Source: a virus (lineage: Duplodnaviria > Heunggongvirae > Uroviricota > Caudoviricetes). Taken from it: a stretch of 64,000 nt of DNA. The DNA lies in the IMG/VR virus record IMGVR_UViG_3300047444_000299, positions 1-64,000 of that record; one strand, given 5' to 3'. Position 1 is the stretch's first letter, and every line of letters begins with the position of its first letter. Below the pieces are notes generated by a model. The model saw only the letters and a program-made list of their open reading frames with translations, was not told the origin of the DNA and ran no database searches. Position numbers and translations under genes: made by a program. Positions 53,953-62,866 of this stretch are shown here, piece after piece.

Positions 53953-54049
53953 TGCATCAAATACTTGACCTGAATAAATTTTTCATGTTAAAATGGGCTG
54001 ACGACCCCAAAAAGGTGTTGGCATGATTATTTCCCGAAAAAATTTTAAA
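53953..54049 (+). repeat. conserved intergenic element, copy 3
   Basis: as 52200. Confidence 0.55.
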
Positions 54050-54128
54050 ATAATTGCATCAAATGGCTTGTATTGCATCAAATTAGGCGTATACTGACCA
54101 CACACCAACCGAAACAGGGAACACGAAC
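54050..54128 (+). promoter_or_regulatory. PeSL-like cassette (type a)
   Basis: as above. Confidence 0.55.
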
Positions 54129-54602
54129 ATGAACGCATTTGCCCAAGCCCACAAGTTGACTAAAGAAATCATTCAACCGGGTGACAGCTATGCAGCCACG
54201 TTTGCCCTGTGCCTGAAACACCTAAACCAGAAGGCCAAGACCATGCAAATCAAACCAGAAGCCGTACAGTTTATCGAAACCGCTATTGCCGATTCCAAGG
54301 CTTATATAGCGCGTCTGGAAGCGTTCAAGGCAACCGACCCTAAAGGTTACATTGTAGTCACTGGCTCGGGCCGCATCCCGGTTACATTCAACATTCAAGC
54401 GGATACCGCGAATATCGGCAACATTGAAACCGCGAACCGCTTCAATGATCTGCGGATTGCCCAAGCAATGGGCCGCAAAGTAACCAACGGCAACAAAGAA
54501 CAAGGGGTAGCGGTTTACGTTGTTGACCAAATCGAATGGGAAATCGGTCAACAGCAAAAACTGATCGATGACTTAACCGAAGCCCTGAAAAAACACAAAT
54601 AA
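54129..54602 (+). CDS. hypothetical protein
   Basis: 157 aa. Confidence 0.5.
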   Translation: MNAFAQAHKLTKEIIQPGDSYAATFALCLKHLNQKAKTMQIKPEAVQFIETAIADSKAYIARLEAFKATDPKGYIVVTGSGRIPVTFNIQADTANIGNIETANRFNDLRIAQAMGRKVTNGNKEQGVAVYVVDQIEWEIGQQQKLIDDLTEALKKHK

Positions 54603-54677
54603 ATCAAAATAGGGGTTTGCAATTTGATGCAAACCCCTATAGAATGATCTTACACCAACCAAATAGAGGGTTTGAAC
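54603..54677 (+). promoter_or_regulatory. PeSL-like cassette
   Basis: as above. Confidence 0.55.
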
Positions 54678-55004
54678 ATGGATCACCATTACTACGCATC
54701 ATCCTGCTACGGCTGGGGAACTGGTGACACAAAGGAAGCTGCGATAAAGGAATCGGCAAAGCAACTGGGGGTTAGCACTCTAAGCCGTCATAAACCTGAT
54801 GGGGTTATGACTGTTGTGTGTCGTGTGGCCTTGCCGAAGGCTGCGCACTATTCAATCAGCCACTATATGCCGAATCTGATCACGAAAGAAGACGGCGTAA
54901 ACGATACCCGCAAGGGTGAAACCGTGCCGATATCTGAGGTTGAATATGTACGGGTTGTTTCGACTACCGGGAAATTTAAACCCGCACCGAAAGACCCTGA
55001 ATAA
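54678..55004 (+). CDS. hypothetical protein
   Basis: 108 aa. Confidence 0.5.
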   Translation: MDHHYYASSCYGWGTGDTKEAAIKESAKQLGVSTLSRHKPDGVMTVVCRVALPKAAHYSISHYMPNLITKEDGVNDTRKGETVPISEVEYVRVVSTTGKFKPAPKDPE

Positions 55005-55080
55005 AAATAAAATAGGGGGTTGCATTTGATGCAATCCCCTTTTATACTACTATCACACCAAACGAAATCGGGGCTACAAA
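55005..55080 (+). promoter_or_regulatory. PeSL-like cassette
   Basis: as above. Confidence 0.55.
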
Positions 55081-55320
55081 ATGCATACCATCAAAATCAC
55101 CAAATCCCCACGCGCAATAACCGAAGTCGATGCCTCGAACCTGATGTTTACCGGGTTCCGCCGCATCATGCGCGACGATGAACCATGCGCCTATGGTTCG
55201 ATTGGTTCGACCCTGTACCGTATCGAGTGCGAACCGCCGACCAATGGGGAATATCTGGTTAAGGTTTATATCGAGCAAGAATTGCTTGCATCGGCGTATA
55301 TGGATCGTTTCGACAACTAA
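55081..55320 (+). CDS. hypothetical protein
   Basis: 79 aa. Confidence 0.5.
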   Translation: MHTIKITKSPRAITEVDASNLMFTGFRRIMRDDEPCAYGSIGSTLYRIECEPPTNGEYLVKVYIEQELLASAYMDRFDN

Positions 55321-55389
55321 AATCAAAATAGGGGTTGTATTTGATGCAACCCCTGTTATACTGACCATACCAACTAAGGAGCGGCCAGC
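55321..55389 (+). promoter_or_regulatory. PeSL-like cassette
   Basis: leader ends AAGGAGCGGCCAGC. Confidence 0.55.
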
Positions 55390-55560
55390 ATGTTAGACAA
55401 CAAATTCTCAAAGGGTGACAAAGTGCTGGCCGCTGGCCCTTTTTGGTTGACGATTACCGAAGTACGCGCAAACGGCTGGTATAGCTGCCGGTTTGGTTCT
55501 ATCGGCGGTGATGCTGGATCTTTCCGGGAACGCGAACTAATCCCATATACAGGAGCATAA
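55390..55560 (+). CDS. hypothetical small protein (56 aa)
   Basis: AAGGAG SD; below the ORF-track length cut-off. Confidence 0.45.
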   Translation: MLDNKFSKGDKVLAAGPFWLTITEVRANGWYSCRFGSIGGDAGSFRERELIPYTGA

Positions 55561-55563
55561 TCC

Positions 55564-55878
55564 ATGCCAATGATTACAACCCCCGGCGAATATAAAGCCT
55601 ATATTGACGTTTTCGTTTCGGATAATGGGCATTTGCGCCATATCGCCAGCTTTCAACTAGGTTCGGATTCTAGTCGGGTATTTGCCAAATCATGGCTAGA
55701 CCGGTTTGCCGAACATGGCGAAGCCCTGTTATCTAAGCCCATACAAGCCTATTTGGAAGCTTTGCGGGCGAAAGGCGCAGACCTGACCATCAAACCGCAT
55801 TTAACCGGCTCAGAACGCATCCAGACCCTCGAAGAAATGGAAAAAGAAGACCCGGACATTTTCAAAAACCCGGAATAA
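55564..55878 (+). CDS. hypothetical protein
   Basis: CAGGAG SD; 104 aa. Confidence 0.5.
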   Translation: MPMITTPGEYKAYIDVFVSDNGHLRHIASFQLGSDSSRVFAKSWLDRFAEHGEALLSKPIQAYLEALRAKGADLTIKPHLTGSERIQTLEEMEKEDPDIFKNPE

Positions 55879-55891
55879 CACCAACCCAATA

Positions 55892-55919
55892 GACCCGGCG
55901 AAAGTCGGGTTTATTTTTG
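55892..55919 (+). terminator. rho-independent terminator (family B)
   Basis: ACCCGGCGAAAGTCGGGT + T-tract. Confidence 0.75.
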
Positions 55920-56059
55920 TTCCGGGGTTGCATTTTGTTTTGAGTGTGGTATGCTTTAGTTACTGGGGAGGCCCGGAGGAAATCATCGGAGGAACCTGAG
56001 ATTTGAGTTGGCATGATTCTTGATATAGCAATTTGAATGCCAGAAATTATTTTAAAATA

Positions 56060-56133
56060 ATTGCATCAAATGCTTGCATTGCATCAAATTGCTGCCATAA
56101 TAACCACACACCAACCGAAACCGGAGAAACAAA
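56060..56133 (+). promoter_or_regulatory. PeSL-like cassette (type a, -10 CATAAT)
   Basis: as above. Confidence 0.5.
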
Positions 56134-56343
56134 ATGTCTACTTCTACTAAAGCATTCCTAGCCGCGATTGACATCGAATCGAAAAATGCGATTCTGGATT
56201 CCATCGCCAAGCATTGCGGCATTACCCGTGAAGCCGCGTATGATGAGGTAACAGACCCGGAAGCCGAACACCTGTTAGATTATATGGTCGCGCCGTTTCG
56301 GTTGGGTGCGTCGGTTTTGATGCAAAAACACGGATTCAAATAA
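56134..56343 (+). CDS. hypothetical protein
   Basis: 69 aa. Confidence 0.5.
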   Translation: MSTSTKAFLAAIDIESKNAILDSIAKHCGITREAAYDEVTDPEAEHLLDYMVAPFRLGASVLMQKHGFK

Positions 56344-56419
56344 TTTGATAGAAAGGGGTTGCATTTGATGCAATCCCTTGCCATAATAACCACACACCAA
56401 CCGGAAAGAGGCTTTCAAA
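56344..56419 (+). promoter_or_regulatory. PeSL-like cassette
   Basis: as above. Confidence 0.55.
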
Positions 56420-56725
56420 ATGTCCGATATGACTGTAGCAAATACCATCCGTCAACAACTCGGCGGGCATAAATTCGCGGTAATGTGTGGCGTCAAGCAA
56501 TTTGTAGGCGGTGAGAATTTCCTACAATTCAAAATGCCGTCCAATTTCGCGAAAGATAAAATCAATTTGGTTAAAATTATCTTGACCCCGGCTGATTTGT
56601 ACGATATCGAATTTTATTATGTCCGTGGAATCAACCTGAAAATGGTTTGCAAAGTCGAGGGAATTTATAACGATATGCTGCAAAGCGAATTTACCCGCGT
56701 AACTGGTCTGGATACGCACCTGTAA
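56420..56725 (+). CDS. hypothetical protein
   Basis: 101 aa. Confidence 0.5.
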   Translation: MSDMTVANTIRQQLGGHKFAVMCGVKQFVGGENFLQFKMPSNFAKDKINLVKIILTPADLYDIEFYYVRGINLKMVCKVEGIYNDMLQSEFTRVTGLDTHL

Positions 56726-56802
56726 AAATTTGATAAAAAGGGTTTGCAATTTGATGCAAACCCTTTATACTGATCATACACCAACCGAAACGAGTAACCA
56801 TC
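56726..56802 (+). promoter_or_regulatory. PeSL-like cassette
   Basis: as above. Confidence 0.55.
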
Positions 56803-56964
56803 ATGACCCTGACTTACAAGCAAATCCAGATTATCGAACTAGTCAAGTCCGCTGGTCAAGAAGGCGCGGAGGATATGCTTGTTTGCATGGGTTGGGCGGC
56901 TGACCACAAGGCGGCAAAGGCTATGATTAAAAAGGCCCAAGCTGCGCAAAATAAACCAAAATAA
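56803..56964 (+). CDS. hypothetical small protein (53 aa)
   Basis: follows cassette; below the ORF-track cut-off. Confidence 0.4.
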   Translation: MTLTYKQIQIIELVKSAGQEGAEDMLVCMGWAADHKAAKAMIKKAQAAQNKPK

Positions 56965-56965
56965 A

Positions 56966-57028
56966 ATTTGTATTGCATCAAATTGATGTTATACTGACCA
57001 TACACCAACCGAAACAGGAGTTACAAAA
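56966..57028 (+). promoter_or_regulatory. PeSL-like cassette
   Basis: TATACTGACCATACACCAACCGAAACAGGAG. Confidence 0.55.
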
Positions 57029-57475
57029 ATGAACTATGCAGACAACGGCGAAAACATCAGTAACAAACTGTTTAAATATCTGCCATTGGGCGACATAATG
57101 CGCGTTCGGGCTGGGCATGATCTGGGGCTTTGCCGAATCGTCATGATTCAAGACGATGATTATAACTTTGAGGATCTTTGCGGTGACTGCTACAAGCCGG
57201 AAGCTTGCCCGGATATCGAAGTAACTACATTAGCACGCCAGAAACGAGCATTCCGCGCCCGTGTGAACCGTGAAGGCGTATGGGGCGTGATTTTGCAATG
57301 CCGACCTGATCCAACGTGCGAATGGGTTGACGTGGAATCGGTGTGGGGGTTGGTTGGCAAGGATTTTTTCGAATCAGGCTATGATTCTGAATTTGTCAAG
57401 CTCGCGGATCAATGGTTGATGGAAAAAGTCGATTTTGATTATATGATTGGGTTGATTCGTACCTTTTCAAAATAA
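57029..57475 (+). CDS. hypothetical protein
   Basis: 148 aa. Confidence 0.5.
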   Translation: MNYADNGENISNKLFKYLPLGDIMRVRAGHDLGLCRIVMIQDDDYNFEDLCGDCYKPEACPDIEVTTLARQKRAFRARVNREGVWGVILQCRPDPTCEWVDVESVWGLVGKDFFESGYDSEFVKLADQWLMEKVDFDYMIGLIRTFSK

Positions 57476-57549
57476 AATCAAAATAGGGGGTTGTATTTGA
57501 TGCAACCCCTTGCCATAATAACCACACCAACCGAACCGGAGTTAACAAA
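57476..57549 (+). promoter_or_regulatory. PeSL-like cassette
   Basis: as above. Confidence 0.55.
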
Positions 57550-57840
57550 ATGTCTTTTCGCCTCCCAGCTAAAACCAACCCATTGCGCGCACTGTTTGAC
57601 CTAGAACTGTTGGTCAAGATCGAAAGCCGGGAATTGGTTGTTACCCTGTTCGAAGCTCGCGGTTCGGCTCGCCGGTTGTTTGAATCTGATATCCGCGTGC
57701 AATCGGTTGCCTTTGTCATTGTCGAGGCTAATGGAATGGTTAGCCTTATCGCGTTTGAACGGAACCGCGAACATGGTGGAACCCCAGTTCATAAAATTTT
57801 GTGGAATTTCGGCAAGGCATGGGAAACCATCAAAATTTAA
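57550..57840 (+). CDS. hypothetical protein
   Basis: 96 aa. Confidence 0.5.
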   Translation: MSFRLPAKTNPLRALFDLELLVKIESRELVVTLFEARGSARRLFESDIRVQSVAFVIVEANGMVSLIAFERNREHGGTPVHKILWNFGKAWETIKI

Positions 57841-57914
57841 TTGCATCAAAGGGGTTGTATTTGATGCAACCCCTGCTATACTAACCCCATACCAACCAAC
57901 AAAGGGGTTTGATC
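57841..57914 (+). promoter_or_regulatory. PeSL-like cassette
   Basis: as above. Confidence 0.55.
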
Positions 57915-58004
57915 ATGGGCCAGCCACACACAAACGTCGATACACTGGGACTCTGGTTAGTAACCATTCTGGCGGTATTGTCCGTGGTCTGGACGTTTAG
58001 TTAA
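57915..58004 (+). CDS. membrane mini-peptide (29 aa)
   Basis: cassette-driven; hydrophobic LGLWLVTILAVLSVVW. Confidence 0.3.
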   Translation: MGQPHTNVDTLGLWLVTILAVLSVVWTFS

Positions 58005-58041
58005 TTTCTTGTTAGCCTGACCTTTTCCCGGAGTCTATCCC

Positions 58042-58239
58042 ATGCTCAATGTCATAACCCCAGCTACAAGCTCGCCTAAGCCCCTACAAGGCGTTTTCGG
58101 TCAATACGTGGCATATCGGGCCGAACATAACCCGCTTTCGGGCCGCTGGATGGTTCTGAGCGAGTTTGACCAATGTATTCAGGCAGGTCTAAGCAAGGCT
58201 GCCGCCGAATCGCTGGCGGATACCCTTAATCAAATTTAA
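58042..58239 (+). CDS. hypothetical protein
   Basis: 65 aa. Confidence 0.4.
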   Translation: MLNVITPATSSPKPLQGVFGQYVAYRAEHNPLSGRWMVLSEFDQCIQAGLSKAAAESLADTLNQI

Positions 58240-58315
58240 ATTTGATCCAAACCCTTGACCGGTGGATTTTGTTCTGTAATAATCCACCTATACCAATCGA
58301 AACGGAATTAACACC
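58240..58315 (+). promoter_or_regulatory. PeSL-like cassette variant (TTGACC-N17-TAATAA)
   Basis: leader CCAATCGAAACGGAA. Confidence 0.45.
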
Positions 58316-58588
58316 ATGTTGACCCAAACCAGCCTAAAACATCCGGTTATGCAGGAACGAATTCTCGCCGGGTTGATCGAAGCCCAAGAAAAGGCCGAAA
58401 AGACCGGGCATGGTCGGGCGTATGTCGCGAACTCGAAAAGCAATAACATCATGCGAATCGATGTTTTCAAGCCTGACCAATTGGCATGGCTGCCTAAAGG
58501 CGGCGTCATTGTGTACGGTGCCGAGTCCCGGACCATTACCCCTATGGTCGAGGCGGCATTAGGCTCGAAGCTGTCCGACCTGATCTAA
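58316..58588 (+). CDS. hypothetical protein
   Basis: 90 aa. Confidence 0.5.
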   Translation: MLTQTSLKHPVMQERILAGLIEAQEKAEKTGHGRAYVANSKSNNIMRIDVFKPDQLAWLPKGGVIVYGAESRTITPMVEAALGSKLSDLI

Positions 58589-58603
58589 CCCGGATTCAAT
58601 CAA

Positions 58604-58630
58604 AGCCCCTGATTCTAGGGGCTTTTTTAT
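58604..58630 (+). terminator. rho-independent terminator (family C)
   Basis: AGCCCCTGATTCTAGGGGCT + TTTTTT. Confidence 0.8.
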
Positions 58631-58632
58631 TT

Positions 58633-58718
58633 CTTAAAATAATTTGATGCAACCCCTTGCAATGGTCTGAATTAGGTGTAAACTTACCCCATACCAAACG
58701 AAATCAGGAGTTAAGAAC
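58633..58718 (+). promoter_or_regulatory. PeSL-like cassette variant
   Basis: leader CCAAACGAAATCAGGAG. Confidence 0.45.
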
Positions 58719-59141
58719 ATGAAATTCGAAGCCGGTCAAACCTACGCAACCCGCTCAATTTGTGATGCTGATATGGTCATATCGATTAAGGTTGTATCGC
58801 GTACCGCCAAACGTCTCAAAACAGAAGACGGCAAAACCCTCGGGATCTATGAATATGAGGGGATCGAACAGGTTCGCCCGTGGGGCCGTTATAGCATGTG
58901 CCCAATTATCGGCGCTGATGATCTGGTAAAGGCCAAACAACCAACCCAAGCCCCGGCGGTTAAAGCCCCGGTAACCCTTAACAGCCTGATGGCCGAAGGC
59001 GAGAAACTGTTTACCCCGGATCAATTCAGCGACCTTAAAAACATGTTGGGCGGTCTGCTAGGGGTAGCGATTCAAACCAAACCAGAACCGAAACCAACCG
59101 CGCAAATTATCAACTTTGCCGACTACAAGAAAAGGGGTTGA
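58719..59141 (+). CDS. hypothetical protein
   Basis: 140 aa. Confidence 0.5.
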   Translation: MKFEAGQTYATRSICDADMVISIKVVSRTAKRLKTEDGKTLGIYEYEGIEQVRPWGRYSMCPIIGADDLVKAKQPTQAPAVKAPVTLNSLMAEGEKLFTPDQFSDLKNMLGGLLGVAIQTKPEPKPTAQIINFADYKKRG

Positions 59142-59143
59142 TC

Positions 59144-59494
59144 ATGCTGTATACATTGATGGGTTTGGTTCTGATGAATGGGGCAACAGGCCCAATGGAT
59201 ACCGTCGATACAATCGAGGGGATGCATTTGGAACAATCGGTTTGTGTGGCTCGGGCAAAGGTTCTGGCGGAGGAACTCGGGGGCGCAAAATGCCGACCTG
59301 AAAAGGAATTAGATCCTGATTCGCCATATGAAAACTCAAATACAAAAATTCAATTGCCCTCGGGCCGGGTGATTGACTTGTTCTATACTCGGGGATATTG
59401 GTTCTATCCAATGGATTTAACCGACCCTGACCGGGAGCTAGTCGAGCAATGGACCGGGTTTGTGTATAGCCGCGACGATGGCAAACGATATTGA
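59144..59494 (+). CDS. hypothetical protein (hydrophobic N-terminus)
   Basis: 116 aa. Confidence 0.45.
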   Translation: MLYTLMGLVLMNGATGPMDTVDTIEGMHLEQSVCVARAKVLAEELGGAKCRPEKELDPDSPYENSNTKIQLPSGRVIDLFYTRGYWFYPMDLTDPDRELVEQWTGFVYSRDDGKRY

Positions 59495-59564
59495 TTAAAA
59501 AGTTTGCATTGCATCAAATAGCTGTTATACTGCTAACACACCAACCGAAACAGGGAATTGAAAC
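59495..59564 (+). promoter_or_regulatory. PeSL-like cassette
   Basis: as above. Confidence 0.55.
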
Positions 59565-59816
59565 ATGAAAACCACTCGCCAAACCTTCGACCTAGTAGAC
59601 GTTAAGAAATTCGAATTTTCGCACGTTACTGGTAATGGGAATTCGGTTTATAGTTTTATCATTCAAACCCCAGCCGGTGACCTGATCGAAGGCAAGACCC
59701 AACCGGGGCTAAAACAGCACCTGTCGAGCAACCCTGAAAAGCTGGCAAACGTGGCAATTGATACAACCCCAGCCGGTCGGGTTATCATGAAAGATGCCAG
59801 CCGGGTACAAAAATAA
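59565..59816 (+). CDS. hypothetical protein
   Basis: 83 aa. Confidence 0.5.
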   Translation: MKTTRQTFDLVDVKKFEFSHVTGNGNSVYSFIIQTPAGDLIEGKTQPGLKQHLSSNPEKLANVAIDTTPAGRVIMKDASRVQK

Positions 59817-59890
59817 TTTGATTCAAGGGGTTGTATTTGATGCAACCCCTGCTATACTAACCACACCAACCGAAACCGGGAGTTTACAAA
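59817..59890 (+). promoter_or_regulatory. PeSL-like cassette
   Basis: as above. Confidence 0.55.
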
Positions 59891-60121
59891 ATGGCTAAAG
59901 TTATACGATGCAAGAAATCGACCAACCCAAATCCGCCAGCCTTTACTGTTACGTTTGCGGGCCGTCCGTTGAATGCCCCGGTTGGTGCGAATTTGAATGT
60001 TTCTTGCACGGTGTACGCGGATGATCTGGAATCGGCAAGAATCGCGATATATCAGGAATACGAACATTTGGTTCGGGTTGATATCAAACCCCGCGTTTTC
60101 ATTCCCGGCGATATATTGTAG
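59891..60121 (+). CDS. hypothetical protein
   Basis: 76 aa. Confidence 0.5.
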   Translation: MAKVIRCKKSTNPNPPAFTVTFAGRPLNAPVGANLNVSCTVYADDLESARIAIYQEYEHLVRVDIKPRVFIPGDIL

Positions 60122-60147
60122 GACTCAAACCAAAACCCCGCGAACAA

Positions 60148-60309
60148 ATGCGCGGCGTGTGTCCTGAGAATGGCCGGGATGATAATAACACCGCGCAGGT
60201 TCGGGCCTGTTACGGTGACCACGGGGAATGCTGGTTAGATCAAGATTTGCATGGCGTCAAGTATTGGAATCAAGAAGACTTGATTTTGATTAAAGCGGCG
60301 GACGAATAA
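60148..60309 (+). CDS. hypothetical small protein (53 aa)
   Basis: no SD and no cassette; weak. Confidence 0.25.
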   Translation: MRGVCPENGRDDNNTAQVRACYGDHGECWLDQDLHGVKYWNQEDLILIKAADE

Positions 60310-60313
60310 GCTA

Positions 60314-60339
60314 AGCCCCTGATCCTAGGGGCTTTTTAT
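60314..60339 (+). terminator. rho-independent terminator (family C variant)
   Basis: AGCCCCTGATCCTAGGGGCT + TTTTT. Confidence 0.8.
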
Positions 60340-60340
60340 T

Positions 60341-60424
60341 TTCAATTATTTGCATCAAATCGCTTGACCATGATTCAAAACACTGTAAACTGACCATATC
60401 GAAACCAAAAACAGGAATTCAAAC
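60341..60424 (+). promoter_or_regulatory. PeSL-like cassette variant (TTGACC-N18-TAAACT)
   Basis: as above. Confidence 0.45.
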
Positions 60425-60838
60425 ATGACTACCCAAATCGAATTGATAGCCGAAGCTGTAGCCAATGCCGCCGAAGGTTGCGAAGCGTTCAATGTCAAGA
60501 TCAAAGAACTGTTTCCGACCTTTCTAGCTAAAGCTCGCCCATACAAATGTTTGGGTGATAATGTGACGGTTGATTTTTACAACGTCGCGGATAAATCGGA
60601 ATGCGCAAGCGGTATCCTGTTAAATGCAACCGGCCAAATGCGTTTTATGATGCATCTAAACGGCAACTCGGCGCATAATGTAGCTGCATCTTTTGATGTT
60701 GAATTGCTTAGTTGGTCGCACCACTTGCGAAATGCTGGCGTGAAATTCCGCAAGATCAAAGGCAAAACCCCAGCCGAAGCCCTGCAAAAGTTGGTGGTAT
60801 GGTTCGAAAAGAACGCGGATCTAATCAAATCGGTCTAA
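60425..60838 (+). CDS. hypothetical protein
   Basis: 137 aa. Confidence 0.5.
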   Translation: MTTQIELIAEAVANAAEGCEAFNVKIKELFPTFLAKARPYKCLGDNVTVDFYNVADKSECASGILLNATGQMRFMMHLNGNSAHNVAASFDVELLSWSHHLRNAGVKFRKIKGKTPAEALQKLVVWFEKNADLIKSV

Positions 60839-60840
60839 TT

Positions 60841-61188
60841 ATGGACAACGAACTGTTAGCCCCGTGTGGCAAATGCCCACGGGTTACCGATAAAGAATCG
60901 GGCTATATCGCTGGGGCGTCTGTAATGCTGTTTAAGACGTTCAACGGTTCAAGCCGATACGTTTATCAGGTTCAAGGCCGAAACGTCGCTGTGATGCTTA
61001 TAGCGAGCCATAGCAGCCAATTAGGCCGGGTTGTATCGGTGTTTTGCATGGGGGATTATGCGAACGCTGGATTGTTCCGAAAGTTGTGGTATGTTGCGGC
61101 AAAAGACTTTAAACATTTGCGGTTAGGGGATGAACTTTCAACCTGTCCGCAACTAGCCGAATTAATTCATGAAATCAAGGGGATTTAA
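60841..61188 (+). CDS. hypothetical protein
   Basis: 115 aa. Confidence 0.45.
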   Translation: MDNELLAPCGKCPRVTDKESGYIAGASVMLFKTFNGSSRYVYQVQGRNVAVMLIASHSSQLGRVVSVFCMGDYANAGLFRKLWYVAAKDFKHLRLGDELSTCPQLAELIHEIKGI

Positions 61189-61190
61189 CC

Positions 61191-61412
61191 ATGTGCAAAC
61201 AATTTATTAAAAATTCAGATATGCGCGAACTAGTCAAGTTTGCCGAAGGGATCGGCTATACTGTTGAACTAACCAAAAACAAACATTTAAAGTTTTTGCT
61301 ACCGGGTAACTCCCCAATTTTTACCAGTTCCACCCCTTCGGATTATCGAAGCTGGACCAATTGCAAAGCTCGACTAAAACGCCTTGTGTCCGGCTCGGGG
61401 GTTGCGGCATGA
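61191..61412 (+). CDS. hypothetical protein
   Basis: 73 aa. Confidence 0.45.
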   Translation: MCKQFIKNSDMRELVKFAEGIGYTVELTKNKHLKFLLPGNSPIFTSSTPSDYRSWTNCKARLKRLVSGSGVAA

Positions 61413-61591
61413 TCGAACGCAATAGGGCCGCATCCGGGCGCGTAGGGAACGTGGTTTTTGGTCTGGCTTGTGTAGGTGATGGGTTGGTACGGGTTTTGTC
61501 GCTGGGGTTCCTACACACCCGACTAACCCTGACCGTTTCCAAATACCAGACAAAACGCCATATTATGCGGCTCAAATCCAGCCGAAAATAA
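61409..61591 (+). CDS. hypothetical protein
   Basis: ATGA overlap; 60 aa. Confidence 0.35.
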   Translation: MIERNRAASGRVGNVVFGLACVGDGLVRVLSLGFLHTRLTLTVSKYQTKRHIMRLKSSRK

Positions 61592-61667
61592 TTTGATGCA
61601 ACCCCTTGACGTGGCTTGTGTGGCCTGTATACTGACCACACACCAACCAAAAACAAGGAATTCAAAA
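61592..61667 (+). promoter_or_regulatory. PeSL-like cassette variant (TTGACG-N17-TATACT)
   Basis: as above. Confidence 0.5.
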
Positions 61668-61880
61668 ATGGCAAACCATATCCAGAACCTGCAAACACAA
61701 GTTGACCAACTAACCACACAAGTTAACTTGGCGGATGATAGCCTGCAAGCGTTTCGCGCATATCTGGCGTCACCTAAGTTTACAGGCGACGGGGCTGGCG
61801 AGCTACAAGGTTACATATCGATTCAAGACGTTGAACACCGTCTAAGCGAAATTTGGCGGGAGTTGCACGGCCTGAATTGA
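61668..61880 (+). CDS. hypothetical coiled-coil protein
   Basis: 70 aa. Confidence 0.5.
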   Translation: MANHIQNLQTQVDQLTTQVNLADDSLQAFRAYLASPKFTGDGAGELQGYISIQDVEHRLSEIWRELHGLN

Positions 61881-61885
61881 ACGAA

Positions 61886-61911
61886 AGCCCCTGATTCTAG
61901 GGGCTTTTTCT
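61886..61911 (+). terminator. rho-independent terminator (family C)
   Basis: AGCCCCTGATTCTAGGGGCT + TTTTT. Confidence 0.8.
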
Positions 61912-61920
61912 TTTCTTTAA

Positions 61921-62001
61921 AATAATTGCATCAAATGCTTGCATTGCATCAAAACCCCTGCAATAATACAGGCACACCAACCAACAACGGGGAACACCAA
62001 C
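61921..62001 (+). promoter_or_regulatory. PeSL-like cassette (type a)
   Basis: as above. Confidence 0.5.
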
Positions 62002-62334
62002 ATGAATCAGCACCCAATGGCAAAAGCATACGTTTCGGCCTTTGTCAAGAATGGCGGCAAGAAATTTAAACACAAATTCAATCTGTACGGGTTGGATCAA
62101 ATCATAACCTTCGGATATCGTCGGTTTGCTTTTAACCTGAAAACAGTGTACGGCACTGCCAGCTATGAACTGGAATTCATTCCCCAGTGCGCAACCCGTC
62201 CGGGCGACTGTGATGAAATTTATCTAAGCCCATACCCGAATTTTGGGGATTGGTTAGAATGCGATTCAGTTGCAAAGGCTGAATATGAGGAATTTATGGG
62301 GATTGTATCCAAGACAATTGGAATCCGAAAATAA
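62002..62334 (+). CDS. hypothetical protein
   Basis: 110 aa. Confidence 0.5.
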   Translation: MNQHPMAKAYVSAFVKNGGKKFKHKFNLYGLDQIITFGYRRFAFNLKTVYGTASYELEFIPQCATRPGDCDEIYLSPYPNFGDWLECDSVAKAEYEEFMGIVSKTIGIRK

Positions 62335-62410
62335 TTTGATAGAAAGGGGTTGCATTTGATGCAATCCCTGTTATACTGCTAACACACCAACCGAAACAGG
62401 GGATTCACAA
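62335..62410 (+). promoter_or_regulatory. PeSL-like cassette
   Basis: as above. Confidence 0.55.
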
Positions 62411-62611
62411 ATGGCTTTCAAACTCACTAAAACCCGGTTCACTGGCCTAGCGTATTATCAGCAACAGCCGGGCTTGTGGCGGATTGCGGACATACATGAT
62501 TCACCGTTAAACGCGCAGGGGTTGCCGCGTGCGGTTGGTCCCCAGTACCAGACCAAATCGGAATTACTGGCGGATCTGGAAAGATACGCAAAAGAAAGCT
62601 GGGGCTATTGA
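62411..62611 (+). CDS. hypothetical protein
   Basis: 66 aa. Confidence 0.5.
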   Translation: MAFKLTKTRFTGLAYYQQQPGLWRIADIHDSPLNAQGLPRAVGPQYQTKSELLADLERYAKESWGY

Positions 62612-62790
62612 GAATGATTTTTAAAGATACTTTTATCGACAAAAAGACCGGCAAACAATTTACCGTCGAAATTCAATTAGACCAGATTGAAATTGCCAAA
62701 ATTATGGCACAACGGGCGATTGATTCACAAGCTGGCCTGTCGGTATCGCTAAACGGTAATATCAGGTGCCGGGTTATTAAAAAGCTCTAA
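62608..62790 (+). CDS. hypothetical protein
   Basis: ATGA overlap; 60 aa. Confidence 0.4.
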   Translation: MRMIFKDTFIDKKTGKQFTVEIQLDQIEIAKIMAQRAIDSQAGLSVSLNGNIRCRVIKKL

Positions 62791-62866
62791 AATCAAAAAT
62801 AGGGGTTGTATTTGATGCAACCCCTGCTATACTACTGGAAAGCCAACCAAAACAGGGAATCGAAAA
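62791..62866 (+). promoter_or_regulatory. PeSL-like cassette
   Basis: as above. Confidence 0.55.
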
